Assembly (NCBI GenBank): GCA_973895155.1
Contig: OZ316899.1
Span: 3,741,455-3,805,454 of the forward strand
Reading direction: 5' to 3'
Origin: Marsupella aquatica
Taxonomy: Eukaryota; Plantae; Marchantiophyta
DNA: 64,000 bases
This document shows positions 24,517 to 38,822 of the stretch, piece after piece. The translations under genes and the position numbers were made by a program. The notes beneath the pieces are model-generated. The model did not search any database, was not told where the DNA came from, and saw nothing but the letters and a program-made list of their open reading frames with translations. Within the stretch, counting starts at the first letter, position 1. Each line of letters starts with the position of its first letter.

Positions 24517-27500
24517 TTAAACCCTTCTACCAGTTTTTGCTTCAACTGTATCATAACCGTAACTCGTTCAGGTGTTGGTTTGAAGTCTGACCCTGTTTTG
24601 AGCATGTTGGTTAATGGCAGCGCTAGTTTGGCAAAATCTTGGATAAATCTTTGATAGTAACCAATACAACCCAAGAAAAATCTGATATCTTTTATATTCT
24701 TGGGTTGCATGATATCCAACCAAACTGCCAATTTTCCTTTATCAATTTCAATACCCTTCTTGGATACCTTGTGACCAAGCAAGACCCCTAAGTTACTCCA
24801 AAAAAACATTTATCTGGATGTAGCTTCAATCCCACCTGTCTGCATCTTTCAAAGGTTCTTCGTAAGTACTTGGCATGTTTGGACGCCTTCCCAAACACAA
24901 CAAAATCATCAATGAATATCTCCAGGAATTTCCTTAGGTAGTCGTGAAATATGTTAACCATCAACCTTTGGAACATAGCTGGCGCATTACACAATCCAAA
25001 AGGCATCCGGTTAAACACATAAATTCCCCACTCCGTAATAAAAGCGGTTTTGATCTGGTCCTCTTGCCTGATTCTGATTTGATTATATCCAGAGTAGCCA
25101 TCCATGAAAGAATACAACTCATGGCTAGCTACAGTGTCTAGCACCATATCAGTAAAAGGTAACGGAAAATGATCCTTCAAAGTGGCATCATTTAACTTTC
25201 TGTAATCCTGGCACACCCTTATCTTTGGCTTGCCATCCGGTCCTGCCTTCTTGGGTACAATGACAATAGGAGACACCCAGTCCGAATGGAGAACTGGTGT
25301 AACAAAGCCGGCTTCTACCAACTTGTCGATCTCGGCCTTTACCAACAATGAGTACTTTGGGTTCATCCTCCTCATTGGTTGCCGAAATGATTTGGCTCCC
25401 AACATAAGGTCAATTTGATGCTCCCCCAATTTTGGGTCCACTCCTTGTAAATCCAGGTGACTCCAAGCAAAAACATCCTGGTATTCCAGAAGTAACTCAC
25501 TGATCTCTTTTTTGATTTCAGGAGAAAGATCCCTACCCAGATTTACCTCCCGACCCTCTCCCAACTTGAGCTTCCTGTATTGCTTTGATTGAATCATGTT
25601 GATTTGCTTCTTTAGAGTTGGATCTAGGTCTGCTTCCAACCTGTCCAACCTCATTCCTCCATATACTGGAATTTCGGGCTCCGTGGTTGCTTCCATCACC
25701 TCCGCTGTTGACTCCCCTCGGGAAGAAGTAACTTCTTCAATGATGGTGTTGATCTCCACTGGAGTAGATCCAATCGGCCTCGGCTTGCCTTTTAGCTTTA
25801 TCATTTTCAATCTCATTTTTTAGTAGCCGGCCGACACCTTAGTTCGCTCGGAACAATTGAGTCCAAACTCACTTTATTTATTGTGACAGCAGGTACCCCT
25901 TCTTGAATTGACTGCAACGCCTCCTGATTCGTCTGCGTAGCTGCTTGGTCTGCCGAGTGAGTCTTTGTAAGCGGAGTGACCTTTTCATCAACCAGCGTTG
26001 CCAACTCCGGCCACTGTGCCATAGCGCTTGATGAAAATCCACTATCATGGCATTGGGATCCTTTGATAGAACAAGTTCCTCCACTTGAACCTGTGATTCG
26101 GTTTCTTTATCCATGATAATTGATTCCAAAAAGGCTGCCTCAATTGCGAAGCAATTGTTAGCCGGGACTTCCTGTAATTCTGAATCGCCTTCCTCTATGA
26201 TAGGTTCCATCTGACTCTTCCTTGCTAACATTAGTGGAATTGAAATGGGCTCCTCCTCAATTTCCGGAATGATTGGCCGCATGGAATCTGTGTCTCCCAT
26301 CCAAAGTCCGCTGGGAGGTGTGTTAGGTCCAAACACACTCGCTTCTGATACCCCTGATAAGCATTCTAGCCAACACACATCATCAGCAGATTCTAACCCA
26401 GTATCATAACCGTCTGCTTCACGAATCAACCTGGCTGCTTCATCCTCTACCTCCCATGACATGGTAATAGGTGGAGTTCCAAATGTAAATTTTTTTGTGC
26501 CCCAATTTTCCACAACTTTTGCAAGGTACGACCAGGGTCGTCCTATCAACACCCAAAATGAGGTAGGGTTCACCGGCTTCATCACAATGTAATTGATGCT
26601 GAATGCGATACCACCAATCTCCGTGCGTATTCCTTTAAGGATGCCAGTGGGAACTACCTAATAGCCATTCGCCATATTCAACACCCTTCCTGTCAATTCT
26701 GGTTTGAATCCCCAAGCCATCGCTGTTGAATCAATGAGTATGCATACCCCAGACCCTCCATCAATTGGTACATGCATAACCTTTTCTTTATTGATGATGA
26801 CTGGTAAGCAAGGGGCTCCCCTATCCTCCTGAATCATCATGACATCCGTACGAGTGGCTACTCTAGGAAGCCTTGGCTTCCCAGCAATGGCTTTTTTTAA
26901 CTGCTTCCAAAAATACGGGCTATTCTTTAATAATTGACCCACAGTAGCCGTGATGCGTGATTCCAACACATCCTTTGCCAAGTTGTATGGCACCAGCTCT
27001 TTCCCTGTGTCATCCTCTTGGGGTAATTTAATTGCTCTAAGAGGATTCTCCTGAGTTGGTAATGATTCTGGTTCCTTTGGTTCTAGAGGTGTGCTTGGTG
27101 AAGTCAGTGGTGACACACTTCTGTCCTCCACTATTTTCATTGAAGCGGAAACAATTTCCTCCTTCATTCGCTTGCCAGCTCTCTTAATATCCTTCTGGAG
27201 TGCAACCTCATTCTCGTCCTTTTCCAGCTCTACCAACTGCTCCTTCACACTAGCCGTGACTGCCGGAAAAAATAAACTGGGATGCGTTTGATCAAAATCA
27301 CTATCCTGGGAAGGACTGGGATCACCAGGTACGACTTGCGGGTCCTCATTGACAGGGGCCTTGCCGTTAGAACCCAAAGACGTGGAATCAGACGCATCTT
27401 CCTTCCATGGCTTCTGGTTCTTGATAATTCCCTCCCACCTTTGCTTCCTTCTGGTGGATCTAATGGACACACGGTAACAATTGGCATCAGTCTCTTCTTC

Positions 27501-27659
27501 GGAATAAGTGGACAGGGCGTCTGCTTCATCGTCACAAGGTGCAAATTCCCCTCGTGCTTCTTCACGCCATCCTAAGTCAATATGATTTACCTGGGCTCCT
27601 CCTGGCATTGTTCCTGCCTGCAATACCTTTGGTGCGGGTTTGACAGGTACAGCAGCCAT
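24517..27659 (-). pseudogene. pol: G pol: aspartic protease, spacer, reverse transcriptase (truncated)
   Basis: VPIDGGSGVCIL protease; WVSPIVIVPKK, DYRKLNDATLKDHFPLPF, FMDGYSGYNQI, MPFGLCNAPAMFQR and FIDDF. Confidence 0.9.
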
Positions 27660-27686
27660 CCCGGCTAACCAAATAGCGGCATTGGG

Positions 27687-29180
27687 TCAGTATATGCCCT
27701 TCTCCTTTACAACCCATACAAAGCTTGACTGGCTGACCATTGGCCTGCTTCCTTGCATTGGTGCACTCCCGGGAGAAGTACCTGGTTGACCGCAGTTGTA
27801 GCATGCTGCAAATCTCTGAACATTTGGTTGTGGAGGGGTAGTTGGATTTTGAATGATGCGGGGATACATCTCCCCTGCATTGGTTCTCAATGCTCCCCAC
27901 AAAGAAGTGGGTCGGTTAGCCAAATCTTGGGCTCCGACCTCACTAATGCCGAACACACTATCTGCGGCATCTCCAAGTATGTACTCCACCTCCAACTCTC
28001 CTATCGTTCCCTCGGTTATCAATCAAACATGCTTAGTACCACGCTTTGGACAAACATCCTTGTGATGTCCGGTGGTATAACAGTGAGCGCACCATAATGA
28101 GGTGTCATTGGCTGGCTCCTTCTTCACCGGCTTTGCGTTGGCTAATAATGCCTTCAACTGCTCCGTGATAGCTGTCAACTAATCCGGAGATGCCTTCTTG
28201 GGATCCAACTTGGTTTTCACCTTTTCTGCAACCCTTTTTTTTGTGATTTTCTTTTTCTTACTCCTATCACCATCCTCCAAGCTGGAAGATGTTTCACTCT
28301 TATTGGTATCACTCTCAGAGTTACTACTCTCCTTGGCTTTCTTGGATCGCTTCTTCTTGGCCTTTTTCTTGCCGCATTTCTCCTTTGAAGATGAATCCTC
28401 AGACTTATAGTGTTTTTTCCTGCTCGTGATATCTGCATTGATGTAGAGCTGAATATCACGAATCACCTCCGCCAAAGACTCTGGATTCCCCTTCCAAATC
28501 GCGAAACTCATCTTCTGAGGTAGAGCATTAACCAACCACTGCAACTGCATTTCGTCTGATGCATTGGTCTTGGTTTGTCGCACCAATTTGTGGAATCGTT
28601 GCAAGAATTTCCGGAAAGACTTGTTCTCCTTGAATTGAAGCCGTCCTAGCTTCAACATTGCCAATTCAGACGTCCCAATGGGACGGAATTCCTTGACAAA
28701 CAACTGCTTGAAGGTGACCCATTCATTTTTCTCCCTTGGTTCCAAATTGGAGTACCATGGTCGAGCCTCACCCTTAAACAACCCGGGTAAGATCTGCATC
28801 TTGATAGCGGACTCTCCATTAGCAGTTGCAGTCCCATCAAACTCCTCAAGCCAGTCATCCGGATCCTCCTCATGCTTACCATGAAATGCTTTGTAATGGA
28901 TTCGTGATCTCTGACTGAGCTGTGGTGCTGCTCGCCCACCAAATTGTGGATCCAACTCACCCATCTCTTGCACTGGTGAACTGGGTTGGGTACTGGGCGC
29001 GTTACTACTCAACAGATCCCCTCCCTCGTTCTCTAGTTCCACTCCAAATGCACTTTGTGAACTGCCATTGCCGATTGCAGTCTTCACCCTCTTGGTCTCC
29101 CTCCACCTTGCGATTTGCTGCAACCGCGCTTCTTCCCTCAGTGTTGCTCGCTCTTCTCGTGGTGTGAATTCGTTCATCAC
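27687..29180 (-). pseudogene. gag: G gag with zinc knuckles
   Basis: FHGKHEEDPDDWLEEF...LFKGEARPWY capsid-like region; CYNCGQPG and CMGCKGEGHILTQC knuckles. Confidence 0.85.
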
Positions 29181-29217
29181 CTAACACTGCACAACAAACA
29201 ATTCACAAGTAAGAATG

Positions 29218-29236
29218 CCCCCTCCATCTAGCGCCA
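29218..29236 (-). promoter_or_regulatory. Primer-binding site of G, probably tRNA-Asn
   Basis: TGGCGCTAGATGGAGGGGG four bases after the LTR-terminal CA; the tRNA assignment is recalled from the plant tRNA-Asn 3' end. Confidence 0.75.
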
Positions 29237-29767
29237 AAAATGTGGTGCGTTTTCCAAGACCTCTAACCCCAATAACTACCCTCAGTCGATCATAAACCAC
29301 TTGTTTATGTCCGTCCTCTTGCCTTTTGGCAGCTATTCGGTTTGGAAACGCGATCCTCTCCTTCGATCCACACTTACCGGACCAATTCTTTCACTGGGCT
29401 TGTGAATTGTGCATAACTGAGACACCTAATTCCTCTTTAACTTCTTCAGGTATATTTGTATTCCGCCCCCGGAATGTACCCCTACGGCTTAATTTCTTAA
29501 GCCGGTTGAAGGTCTTTTTTAGACTCACTCTACCCACACTTCACCGACTAAACACTCTCAATCCTCACTTTTCTCTCAGAGTTTGATTGGGCAGTCTCCA
29601 ATCAAGACAATGCAATTGTATTTTGCTCAATAGTTCACCCTATCTAACTTAAATCGATCAAGCAACAGATATCATAACACTCAACTTCTTGGATGACAAG
29701 AATCTGCGAACTATGCAACGAGGCCAACTCAATTCAAACAATTGCTCAGAAATCCAAGGGAACTGGT

Positions 29768-32047
29768 CAAGAACATCTGCCAGCGCATTTCCTTTGGGTT
29801 CAACCTTGGCTTAGAACTGAAGTACTTGGTCGGCGAGCTATCTGTGTGGATTACCACTTTCTGACCGTTCTTAAGGTAAATCTCCCACTTCTTCAACGCA
29901 TAGATCACAACATACATTTCCCTTTTCGGTGTGATCCAATGATTTTCCAACTTACACAACTCAAAGGCCACAAGACGCCCATCTTGGTGAAGACAGGCGC
30001 TAATGGCATAATCACTTGCGTCTGTCCAAATCTCGAACGGCTTCCCCATCTTAGGTAACTTTAGAACCGGCGGCGTTATCATTAATCGCTTAAGTTCTAG
30101 GAATGCTAACTCGCAATCCTCTGTCCACGCAAACACTTTGTTTTTCAACATTAGCGCGATTAGGGGCCTCGCGATCCTCGCATAGTATTTCATGTATCTC
30201 CGATAGAACCCCATAAATCCTAAGAAGGCTCTAACCTGCCTTACATTGGATGGGCGCTCCCATTATTTGATCTCCTTAAGTCCTGACTAGGCATAATCCC
30301 TTCCGGGGTAAAGGTATGGCCGAGGAACTGAATCTTGTTCATTGCAAACTCGCACTTGCTAGGTTTAGCAAAGAGACGAGCCTTACGAAGGCGAGAGAAC
30401 ACTTCTCTGAGCAACTGCTCATGTTCCTCCAACATTTTTGAGTAGATTAGGATGTCTTCAACAAAGACGACCACTCCTTGGTCCAACAAGTCATGAAAGA
30501 TGGTATTCATCATCTTCATGAACGTTGCGGTTGCATTACACAACCCAAACGACATAACCAAAAACTCATAGGATTTGAACCTTGTGCGCATCGCGGTCTT
30601 ATACTCATCTCCCTTAGCCATGCGGATCTGGTAATACCCAGACCACAAGTCCACCTTTGAAAACTTCCTAGCCCCAGAGAGGCAATCAAAGAGGTCATCC
30701 ATGTGAGATAACGGGTACTTGTTCTTTACTGTCTGCTTATTGAGGGCCCGATAATCTGCGCACAATCTCAAAGTACCATCTTTTTTGGACACAAACAGCG
30801 CGGGCACCCCATAAGGACTCTTACTAGGACGAATGAACCCTTGGTTGATCAACTCGTCCAAGGCGTTCTTCAACATCATTTGTTTGTTTAGGTTCAAACA
30901 ATAAGGAGCTTTAGCTTGAGGAGCCAAACCTAGCTCCAACTCAACTTGGTGATCCACTTCTCTCCGCGGGGGTAAACCTTTAGGTAGCTTCTGCGATAGC
31001 AAGTCATTGAATTCCTCTAAAATTTCAGGAATTTGATCGTAGTCGGGCCCGACCTTAGCTGACTTAATCTTTGGCTGCGAAGCAACCTCCTTAACTGGGT
31101 GGAGATGAAAGAAGAAACATTCATGTCCACCCTTGAAGTTTTTCCACCATTGCTTTGCCGATACACACGGAGACAGCCACGACACTTTACTTACTTTGAG
31201 AAATCTTTCTTTATTTTTGATAACTTCGTGTACAACGATGGGCTCACCGCCCTTATTGGGAAAATGGAGCACTTCACCCCCCGGTTTTAAGGTAACATTG
31301 TGCTTTCTAAGATAACCTACCAACAAAATGAAGTCTATGGCTAGACCGTCTAGAATGTAGAACATCTCCTTACTAACAAAATTTTGTTGTTTGCCTATGA
31401 CCTCTACTCGAAGTCTATGTACTACTCTCAACACTATCCCGTTTGTGTCATTGGCGAACTTGCACACTAACGGTTGTAGCAACTCTTGGACGTCCACCCC
31501 AAGATGTGTCGCCACCTGCCCACTTATGAAGCAGGCAGTCACGCAGGTATCCACCAAAGCAACACCCAGATTACCGTTAGAAGTGACATTCACAAAAATC
31601 AGTTTTTCAAGATCCATTGTCTTAACTTTAGGTATCTTCTCTCACAACACCTTCTCTCCGGCAGGAACATCCCCTACAGGAACCTTGCTAGCTACTAAGG
31701 GTTTGGTTAATGCGATACTTACCTTAATGCTCTTCTGCCCTCCATCTCCGCTTGGCTTGCCACCTTTTGTGGAACAATCCTTACTTTGATGGCCCATGGC
31801 ACCGCACGTGAAGCACGAACCTTCCTCCCACCTCTGCTCCATGAGGGCCTGCTTCTTTGCTTTCTGCGCTGATGAGGTTCCTTTCTTGAAGTTGTCGGCC
31901 TTATGGTTTGGCTTAGCTTCTCCATTCTGGGGCTGGGGGTCCGAACCACCAGCCCCTGCCCCCTTAGGTTGCTTATGCTTATTCCTGGGACCTTTTGCTT
32001 TCCCAACTTCCCCCTCGGATCTTAGCCCGGTGTCTATGTCAGCAATT
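29768..32047 (-). pseudogene. pol: A3 internal region: gag C-terminus (CCHC), protease, RT, partial RNaseH; most of gag deleted
   Basis: CFTCGAMGHQSKDC; ALVDT; [15 protein letters not shown]; DLWSGYYQIR; WTDASDYAISACL. Confidence 0.9.
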
Positions 32048-33551
32048 GCTTTGATACCACAAGTGGTGGACCTAGCCACCCAGCGCCCTCACCAATCCCA
32101 GCACTCACGCCTAAGTGCCCTGGTGCCCGAACCCCTCCGCAGAATACCTCGAGCAAGCACCCTAGTGCCCCTTGCACCACCGGCGGCACCTCCCATACAA
32201 AGCCGCACTTGCTCTCCTACACGACCGCTACTCAACGGTCCTCACTGTTTGCACAAGCAACCAAGCACCTTGGTAAGTAACCCTTCAGGATCTAGAACTC
32301 GTCAAGTCAAGCATCCTAACTCAAGCTCAATAGACGTTGGTAAATAGGTCAACGATAGGTCCTCCCGATGCAATAAGCGGGAACTAGAACCCACCCCCAA
32401 TGTCCGTCCATAACAGCTCCTTCCTTGGGCGCGGCCCGGGTTCCCCCTTGTACCTATCCATCACCAATTGACCGCCCTGACCTCAGGACATGCTCATAGC
32501 CCAATTAGCGTAGCTTGTCCTATAGCTTGTCCCAACACGTCGGGACCAGAATGGCCCCGCCTCTAGCAACCAACTCCCAATTTGCCTCACTGACAGTCTA
32601 GGGACCAAGCACTCTTGGAACTCAACCTCCACACCTACTTGGCCTTGCCTCCCCAATGCAAGCTCCCTTGGGAGACTGAACGCGGCTTGGCTACTGTTCG
32701 GCAAGATTTGGCAAGCGGGCGAGTTAACACCCGCAAACCTTGAGAACACATGGTGCCCCTAGACCCAGCTGAGCTCAGGAGGGCGTATCCACCCTCGAGA
32801 TCTTTCCAACGCACCCAAGAAGTACTCCAACGGACTTCCCGTTGGGAAGATATCGCCGTTTCCGTTTGGCAGTTTCCGTTAGTGTCGCAACTGCCGCGGC
32901 TCACAACTTCGGCTGGCCCTTAGCGCCTTGGGAGACACCACTCCCCTCATATATCATTCTGGAGACCTGCCACCCCCGGACCAGCTTTGGTCCCTAAACA
33001 TTTGGCCCCCAACCCGGATCCTATCGCGCATAATGGGCGCGCCACCAACTGACAATGCCCATAACTTTATCGTTAGGCATCCGCAAGCGGAGTGCCTTAG
33101 CCCGTTGTGATCGGGCCGACCCAGAGCTCATGCCTAGGCCCTCAGGTCTTGTCGCCACTCAGGGCCCTCGATCAGCCCAACCCAGATCGGGCCATAACTT
33201 GCGCCCCACGTGTCCGTTGCCCATGGCGTCAACTCCATGGGCCTTGGGCCCAAGAGGAGCTCACACTCAAGCCCTCGGAACTCAAAGTCCATCCGGAGGT
33301 CCGGACGGTCGTCCTTGAGCCCGGCCCATTTCTCTTGACCTGACCAGCTCTCAGCTAGTCCAAGTCCTTAGTGTGTGTCACCAGCTTGGCTCCTTGCCTT
33401 TGCTAGCGCCACGTCTTGTCGCTCACAAGTCTCCCCATGCTAAGTCCTCCTTGAATGGCCTATCCGGGCCTGGACCATAAGGGAGCTTGGCGTCAGAGTC
33501 AGCGACGCCGGAGCTAAGTGTTAAGGTAGTCGAGTTCCGCGACTGGACAAG

Positions 33552-34865
33552 TTGGACAACAACGGCTCTGAGGCGGATGGAAGCGACGATGATGCAGAAG
33601 CTGAATCGGAGGAAGAGGGTCAGAACCCGGAGGAGGAACTGATCCCAGCCATGAGTGGGTTGGATGCGGAACTAGAGGATGATGTTGAGCCGGACGTCAT
33701 CGTGGATAATCTGACCAAGCAAAACCAGGGCGATGCGGGTGATGCCTCAGCCCCAAGAGGTCACGGTGCCCGCAGACGCAGGGGATTTCACCAAAATCCA
33801 CAAAGGAACCTAAGGATAGGCAGCTTGCAAAGGAAAGACGGTTGGAGGACCGTCCTCATACAATTGGCAAGGGCCCAGCCTCTGACGACGGTTTGGGTCC
33901 GTTGACTCAAGACCAACAACTCATTTATGAGCAGTTGGAACACAACAAGGGGGCCCGGATTAAGTACTTACTTAGTCTGGGTAGTCTGAGTGCGACGTGT
34001 CCCGAGGGGGGAATGGTAGTTGGACGGAGTATGTTCCAAGTGAACCAGCTACGGACTCCTCCAACTTATGATGGGGCCTATGAGCAAAGTGGTCAAAAGT
34101 TCCTAAGTTGGCTCTCCACAATGGAGATTCATCTCCAGGCGTGCATTGAGCGTTCCACTTGGGCTACCGCAACCGCTCCTTTCCTGAAGGACTATGCCTT
34201 GACTTGGTACAAGTCATGGAAGAAGTTGCAAGAGGACTCCTCCTTGCCGTTAACTTGGGAAAACCTGGTTGAAGGTCTACGTGCTCATATCACCACTAAG
34301 TACCCAGAGCACCACGCTCAGAAATGTGTAATGGAGATGAGCTTCAGGGGTGATATCCAAAATTTCATCACTTATTACCAAAACCAGTTAGCGTGTATCT
34401 CGGCGGGACAGGAGACCCTACATATGCAGCTTCACAACTTTATAGTAAAGCTCCCGCCATTGCTTAGGGAAAAGTTATAGGAAAAGTGGCACGAGTTCAA
34501 AACGCTTTTAGACGCCTTTGACAAGGCCACTAAGTTGGTGAATAACTGGCTGGACTTGGCAAAGGTGGGTGGCAAGGGATCCAAGCGGGAAGCTGGGAAA
34601 GCAAAAGGTCCCGGGAATAAGTGGAAGCAACCTGAGGGGGCGGGGACCGGTGGTTCGGATCCCCAGCCCTAGAATGGAGAAGGCTAAGCAAAACCGGAAG
34701 GCCGGCAACTTCAAGAAAGGAACCTCATCGGTCCAGACAGCAAAGAAGCATGCGCTCACGGAGCAGAGGCGGGCTGAAGGTTTGTGCTCGACGTGTGGCG
34801 CCATGGGCCATCAAAGTAAGGATTGTTCCACAAAAGGTGGCAAGCCAAGCAGAGATGGAGGGTAG
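33552..34865 (+). pseudogene. gag: A2 gag (leader continues from 18642-18998)
   Basis: FLKDYALTWYKSW...LTWENL capsid-like region; CSTCGAMGHQSKDC. Confidence 0.85.
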
Positions 34866-35961
34866 AAGAGCATTAAGGTAAGTATCGCATTAACCAAACC
34901 CTTAGTAGCTGACAAGGTCCTTGTAGGGGAGGGTCCTGCCGGAGAGAGGGTGTTGTTGCAAGAGAAGATACCTAAAGTTAAGACAATGGATCCTGAAAAG
35001 CTGATTTTTGTGAATGTCACTTCTAACGGTAATCTAGGTGTTGCTTTGGTGGATACAGGCGCGACCGCCTGCTTCATAAGTGGGAGGCGGTGGCACGTCT
35101 TGGGGTGGACGTGCAAGAGTTGCTACAACCGTTAGTGTGCAAGTTCACCAACAACACTAAAGGGGTAGTATCGAGAGTGGTACATAGACTTTGAGTAGAG
35201 GTCATAGGCAAACAACAAAATTTTGTTAGTCAGGAGATGTTCTACGTTCTAGACGTTCTAGCCGTAGACTTCATTTTGTCGGTAGGTTATCTCAAAAAGC
35301 ATAATGTTACCTTGAAACCGGGGGATGAGGTGCTTCATTTTCCCAATAAGGGCGGTGAGCCCATTGTTGTACACAAAATCACCAAAAATAAAGAAAGATT
35401 TCTCAAAGCAAGTAAAGTGTCGTGGTTGTCTCTGTGCGTATCGGCAAAGCAATGGTGGAAAGACTTCAAGGATGGACATGAATGTTTCTTCTTTCGTCTC
35501 CACCCAGTTAAGGAGGATGCGTCGCAGCCGAAGGTTAAGTCAGCTAAGGTCGGGCCCGACTACAGTCAAATTCCTGAAATTTTAGAGGAATTCAATAACG
35601 TGCTCTTGCAGAAGCTACCTAAAGGTTTACCCCCGCGGAGAGAATTGGATCACCAAGTTGAGTTGGAGCCAGGTTTGGCTCCTTAAGCTAAAGCTCCTTA
35701 TCGTCTGAACCTAAACGAACAAATTATGTTGAAGAACGCCTTGGAAGAGTTGATCAACCAAAGGTTCATTCATCCTAGTAAGAGTCCTTATGGGGTGCCC
35801 GCGCTGTTTGTGTCCAAAAAGGATGGTACTTTGAGATTGTGCGCAGATTATCGGGCCCTCAATAAGCAGACGGTAAAGAACAAGTACTCATTACCTCATA
35901 TGGATGACCTCTTTGATTGCCTCTCCAGGGCTAAGAAGTTTTCTAAGGTGGACTTGTGGTC

Positions 35962-38822
35962 TGTGACGCCGCCAGCACGACAGTTAATGAGTGATCCGGT
36001 CTAATCCGTGCTTAGCACGCGCGCTAAGGACATAGTAGTCTGTAGTAATTAGCATAACGACACTAAAGTAGGTAGTAATCACGACTAGGACATCATTAGT
36101 CAATAAGGAGCATTTACGCTTGGGCTGGTGGCAGAGTGCCATTCGTACCCCCGGGTTACAGGCGTGTGGGGATGTCCCCTTGGGTCCGTATAAAGACTCA
36201 AGGGGGTGGCTCACTGACACGCTTTGACCCGGACCTGCGGAGTGGCTGGTACATTGCAAGCATGAAAGGATTGGCCTATCAAAAGGAGGAAGGGGCCGTT
36301 CGGCCGATGAGCCCTCAGGGTATAAAAGGAGAGCTATTCTCTTGCAAAGCACCAGCACTTCACCCATCACGCCAGCTTCGACCCCAGCTTGCTCATTTGC
36401 TCCTTAGTAACCCACCACCGTTCCCTGTATTTCTGTCACAATTATGTCCAGTTTTGCCCTTTGGTTTTGGCTTCAATTTCTATCCATCGGAAATCATTTA
36501 GCAAAGTCGCTGACCAAGGTCAACCCACGCTGGTACAAAACCAAAAGGCAGTATGAACGACTCATCTGCCTGGCCGGGCGCTCTCACTACAATGGAAATT
36601 TCAACCTCCCGTTGCAGAGCAAGCTCTGTTGAGCTGACAAAATCTCCAAATACTTCTTCGACGGCCCAAAGTACGTTGGTTTCCAGGAAGCACTCATTTG
36701 GCTTTGGGACAAGGTCTTCACACTCTCGGGCACGATTGACCTATAGCGACACCACTTCAATCGTATCCCTGCCAAAGTCTAGGCTTCCATAGACCATCAG
36801 TTTGGTACCGCAGCTACAGGCAAGACATCTATCCTCACCTCACTTGGTTTCCCCTCAGACTTGTTGAATCTTATGGCGCCTCCTCCAGCTACAACTGTCG
36901 CCGACTCATTGGTGCCCGCACCAACACCACCTCGGCCTCAGCCAAGCCGATCTCCACCACCGGTTGCACCACCCCTCCGGGTGGGATCCGTGGTAAACGC
37001 GGTGAACATCAGTTCCAAAGACGAGGAAGCTCACCCTCCCTTGAACCGACAACCTCGAGGTGAAAATCAGCATGCGCCGGGCAACCCGACACCACCCACA
37101 CAAGCCCGAGTGGATAACACGGTGACAGTGGCAACCCCAGCACCAGTGCTTACGGTGGTAGTGCTGCCGCCGCCCGATAGAGAGGATGGGGAGATGCCCC
37201 CCTCTACAAGTCACCCCGGGAACCGGTCTCGGGGTAGGAAGAGAAAGGAACCCGCAGCTATATCCGGGCTGCCTTTGGCCACAGTTGCGGTGGCCAAGCT
37301 GACCATGCATCGCATGGGGGAGAATGTCCACAAGAACATTCTCCACCCCAAGCATGCATGCTACCTGAAGACCCAAGGGTTTGAGCACCTCGCCTCTCTC
37401 CCTTGGAATGGAAGCAGGTACTACCGGCAGGACATGACGGAGTTCATCTCAAACTTTGACAAGGCCCGCCAACAAACCCGTGCGCACAGGAGAGTGATGT
37501 CCCTCAATGAGGCACGGCTTAAGGTGATCTTTGGCCTACCCAAAGGAATAAATTAGGGGGAATCATGGGCTCTTGAGGGCAAAGGAGCCAAGTATCAGTC
37601 CTCTAGCTTCCCGGCCAAAGGAGCAATGGACAACGGATTCTTGATGAGGACATGCCTCATCCCGGAGGTAGCAAAGCGGCTGGAGTTCCAGAGGTACGCC
37701 CTCCACATGATGGAACCCAGGGGCAAAATATCCGCTGCCCAAGTCATCCAGGTCGAGAACTACCGGCCTAGGAAGTGGGCTTCTTTCTTTGTCAAGAAGT
37801 TCCACGAGGAGATGGAGCGATGAAGGAAGACTTTGTACCTTGGTGGGAAGGCATACCTTGCTAGCCACATTGAAATCATCATCAAGTGGTACGCCCGTTT
37901 TGACCACCAAAGCCTCCCTTGGATCAACGAGCCCGAGCTAACCCCATCATGGTGGGTATTCCCGGCCCAGGAAAGGTGACCCCAGCCCGAGGCCATAAGT
38001 CTGGAAATCATGAGGCCCACAACTACCCCGGTCCCACAACCAGCAGCTGTCGCTCCTCCGTTTGTACCAGACAATGCGGTTATCACGACCCTGGATTCTA
38101 TCAACCAGGCCAGCGCAATCGAGGCCGGGTTGTCAATGGCCGGTCCCGGCCGAGATTGCGGATATGGAGGACATTGTGTTACCCTCCATGGCTGTCCAGG
38201 AGAACCCCCCATCCCGTGCAAACCCAGCCCCCTCTACCAACATAATTTCAAGGACTGGACGTCACCACTCCAACTCCCGCGCGAGCTGAGATCTGTTCTT
38301 GCCCAAACCCGGATGGGCATAGTCTAGAGTACCCAGAACTTTTTGCATTGGGCACGTATTTGAATGGGTTGTTGGGAGACTTCTCCCAACAAATTGCGCG
38401 GGATACCGGGGAGTTCATGGCACGGAAGGTGGCCTACTTCTTCAACCAGGAATGGTTGCAGCCGTGCAAGCAGGGCATGCATAGGCTAAGGCTACACAAA
38501 GGATAGAGCGATATTGGCTTGAGTCTGCCCACCTGAAAGGCAAAGTGTCAGCCTGGGAGACCGAACTCCAATTGCTTCAACCTCAAGTAGGGTCATTGAA
38601 GATCAGGTGGCCAAAGCTAGGGCCCAAGAAGCCTTGGTACAACAAGCCGGAGCACAAACTATACCCATGACATTTCTGTAAGTAGGAATAGGCGCACTTA
38701 GCGCTAGATTATGGGAGTAAGGTTCAGTTTGCACATCCCTCCTTGCCCAAACCCTCAAAACTAATGAAGGTTATGTCCGTCTAAGCCAAAATCCGTGTAA
38801 GGACGAGGCTTACAGTGTGACA
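35962..38822 (+). mobile_element. Family-D1 solo-LTR-like unit with a coding cassette, inserted in the A2 RT
   Basis: TGTGACGCC...GTGTGACA termini; 5-bp TSD TGGTC (35957-35961 and 38823-38827); TATA-like GGGTATAAAAGG at about 36318. Confidence 0.92.
36444..38640 (+). pseudogene. D1 accessory cassette (a, b, c), fragmented
   Basis: RWYKTKRQYERL...VGFQEALIWLWDKVFTLSG (a); LPWNGSRYYRQDMTEFISNFD...IFGLPKG and NGFLMRTC...LHMMEPRGKIS...WASFF (b). Confidence 0.7.

Larger units (their letters stand above)
24162..29767 (-). mobile_element. Family-G Ty3/gypsy element of the Athila/Tat (non-chromovirus) type; RNaseH, integrase and both LTR 5' parts deleted
   Basis: LTR 3' ends at 29241-29767 and 24162-24516; PBS; gag, protease and RT in between. 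Confidence 0.88.
18999..33544 (-). mobile_element. Element A3: chromovirus copy inserted into the gag leader of A2 (5' LTR 32062-33544; 3' LTR remnant 18999-24161), with nested I, C and G
   Basis: Flanks GGATG (18994-18998) and GGACA (33545-33549) fit a GGACG TSD deaminated on opposite strands; removal restores the frame ANPSKDELDNNGSE. Confidence 0.85.
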
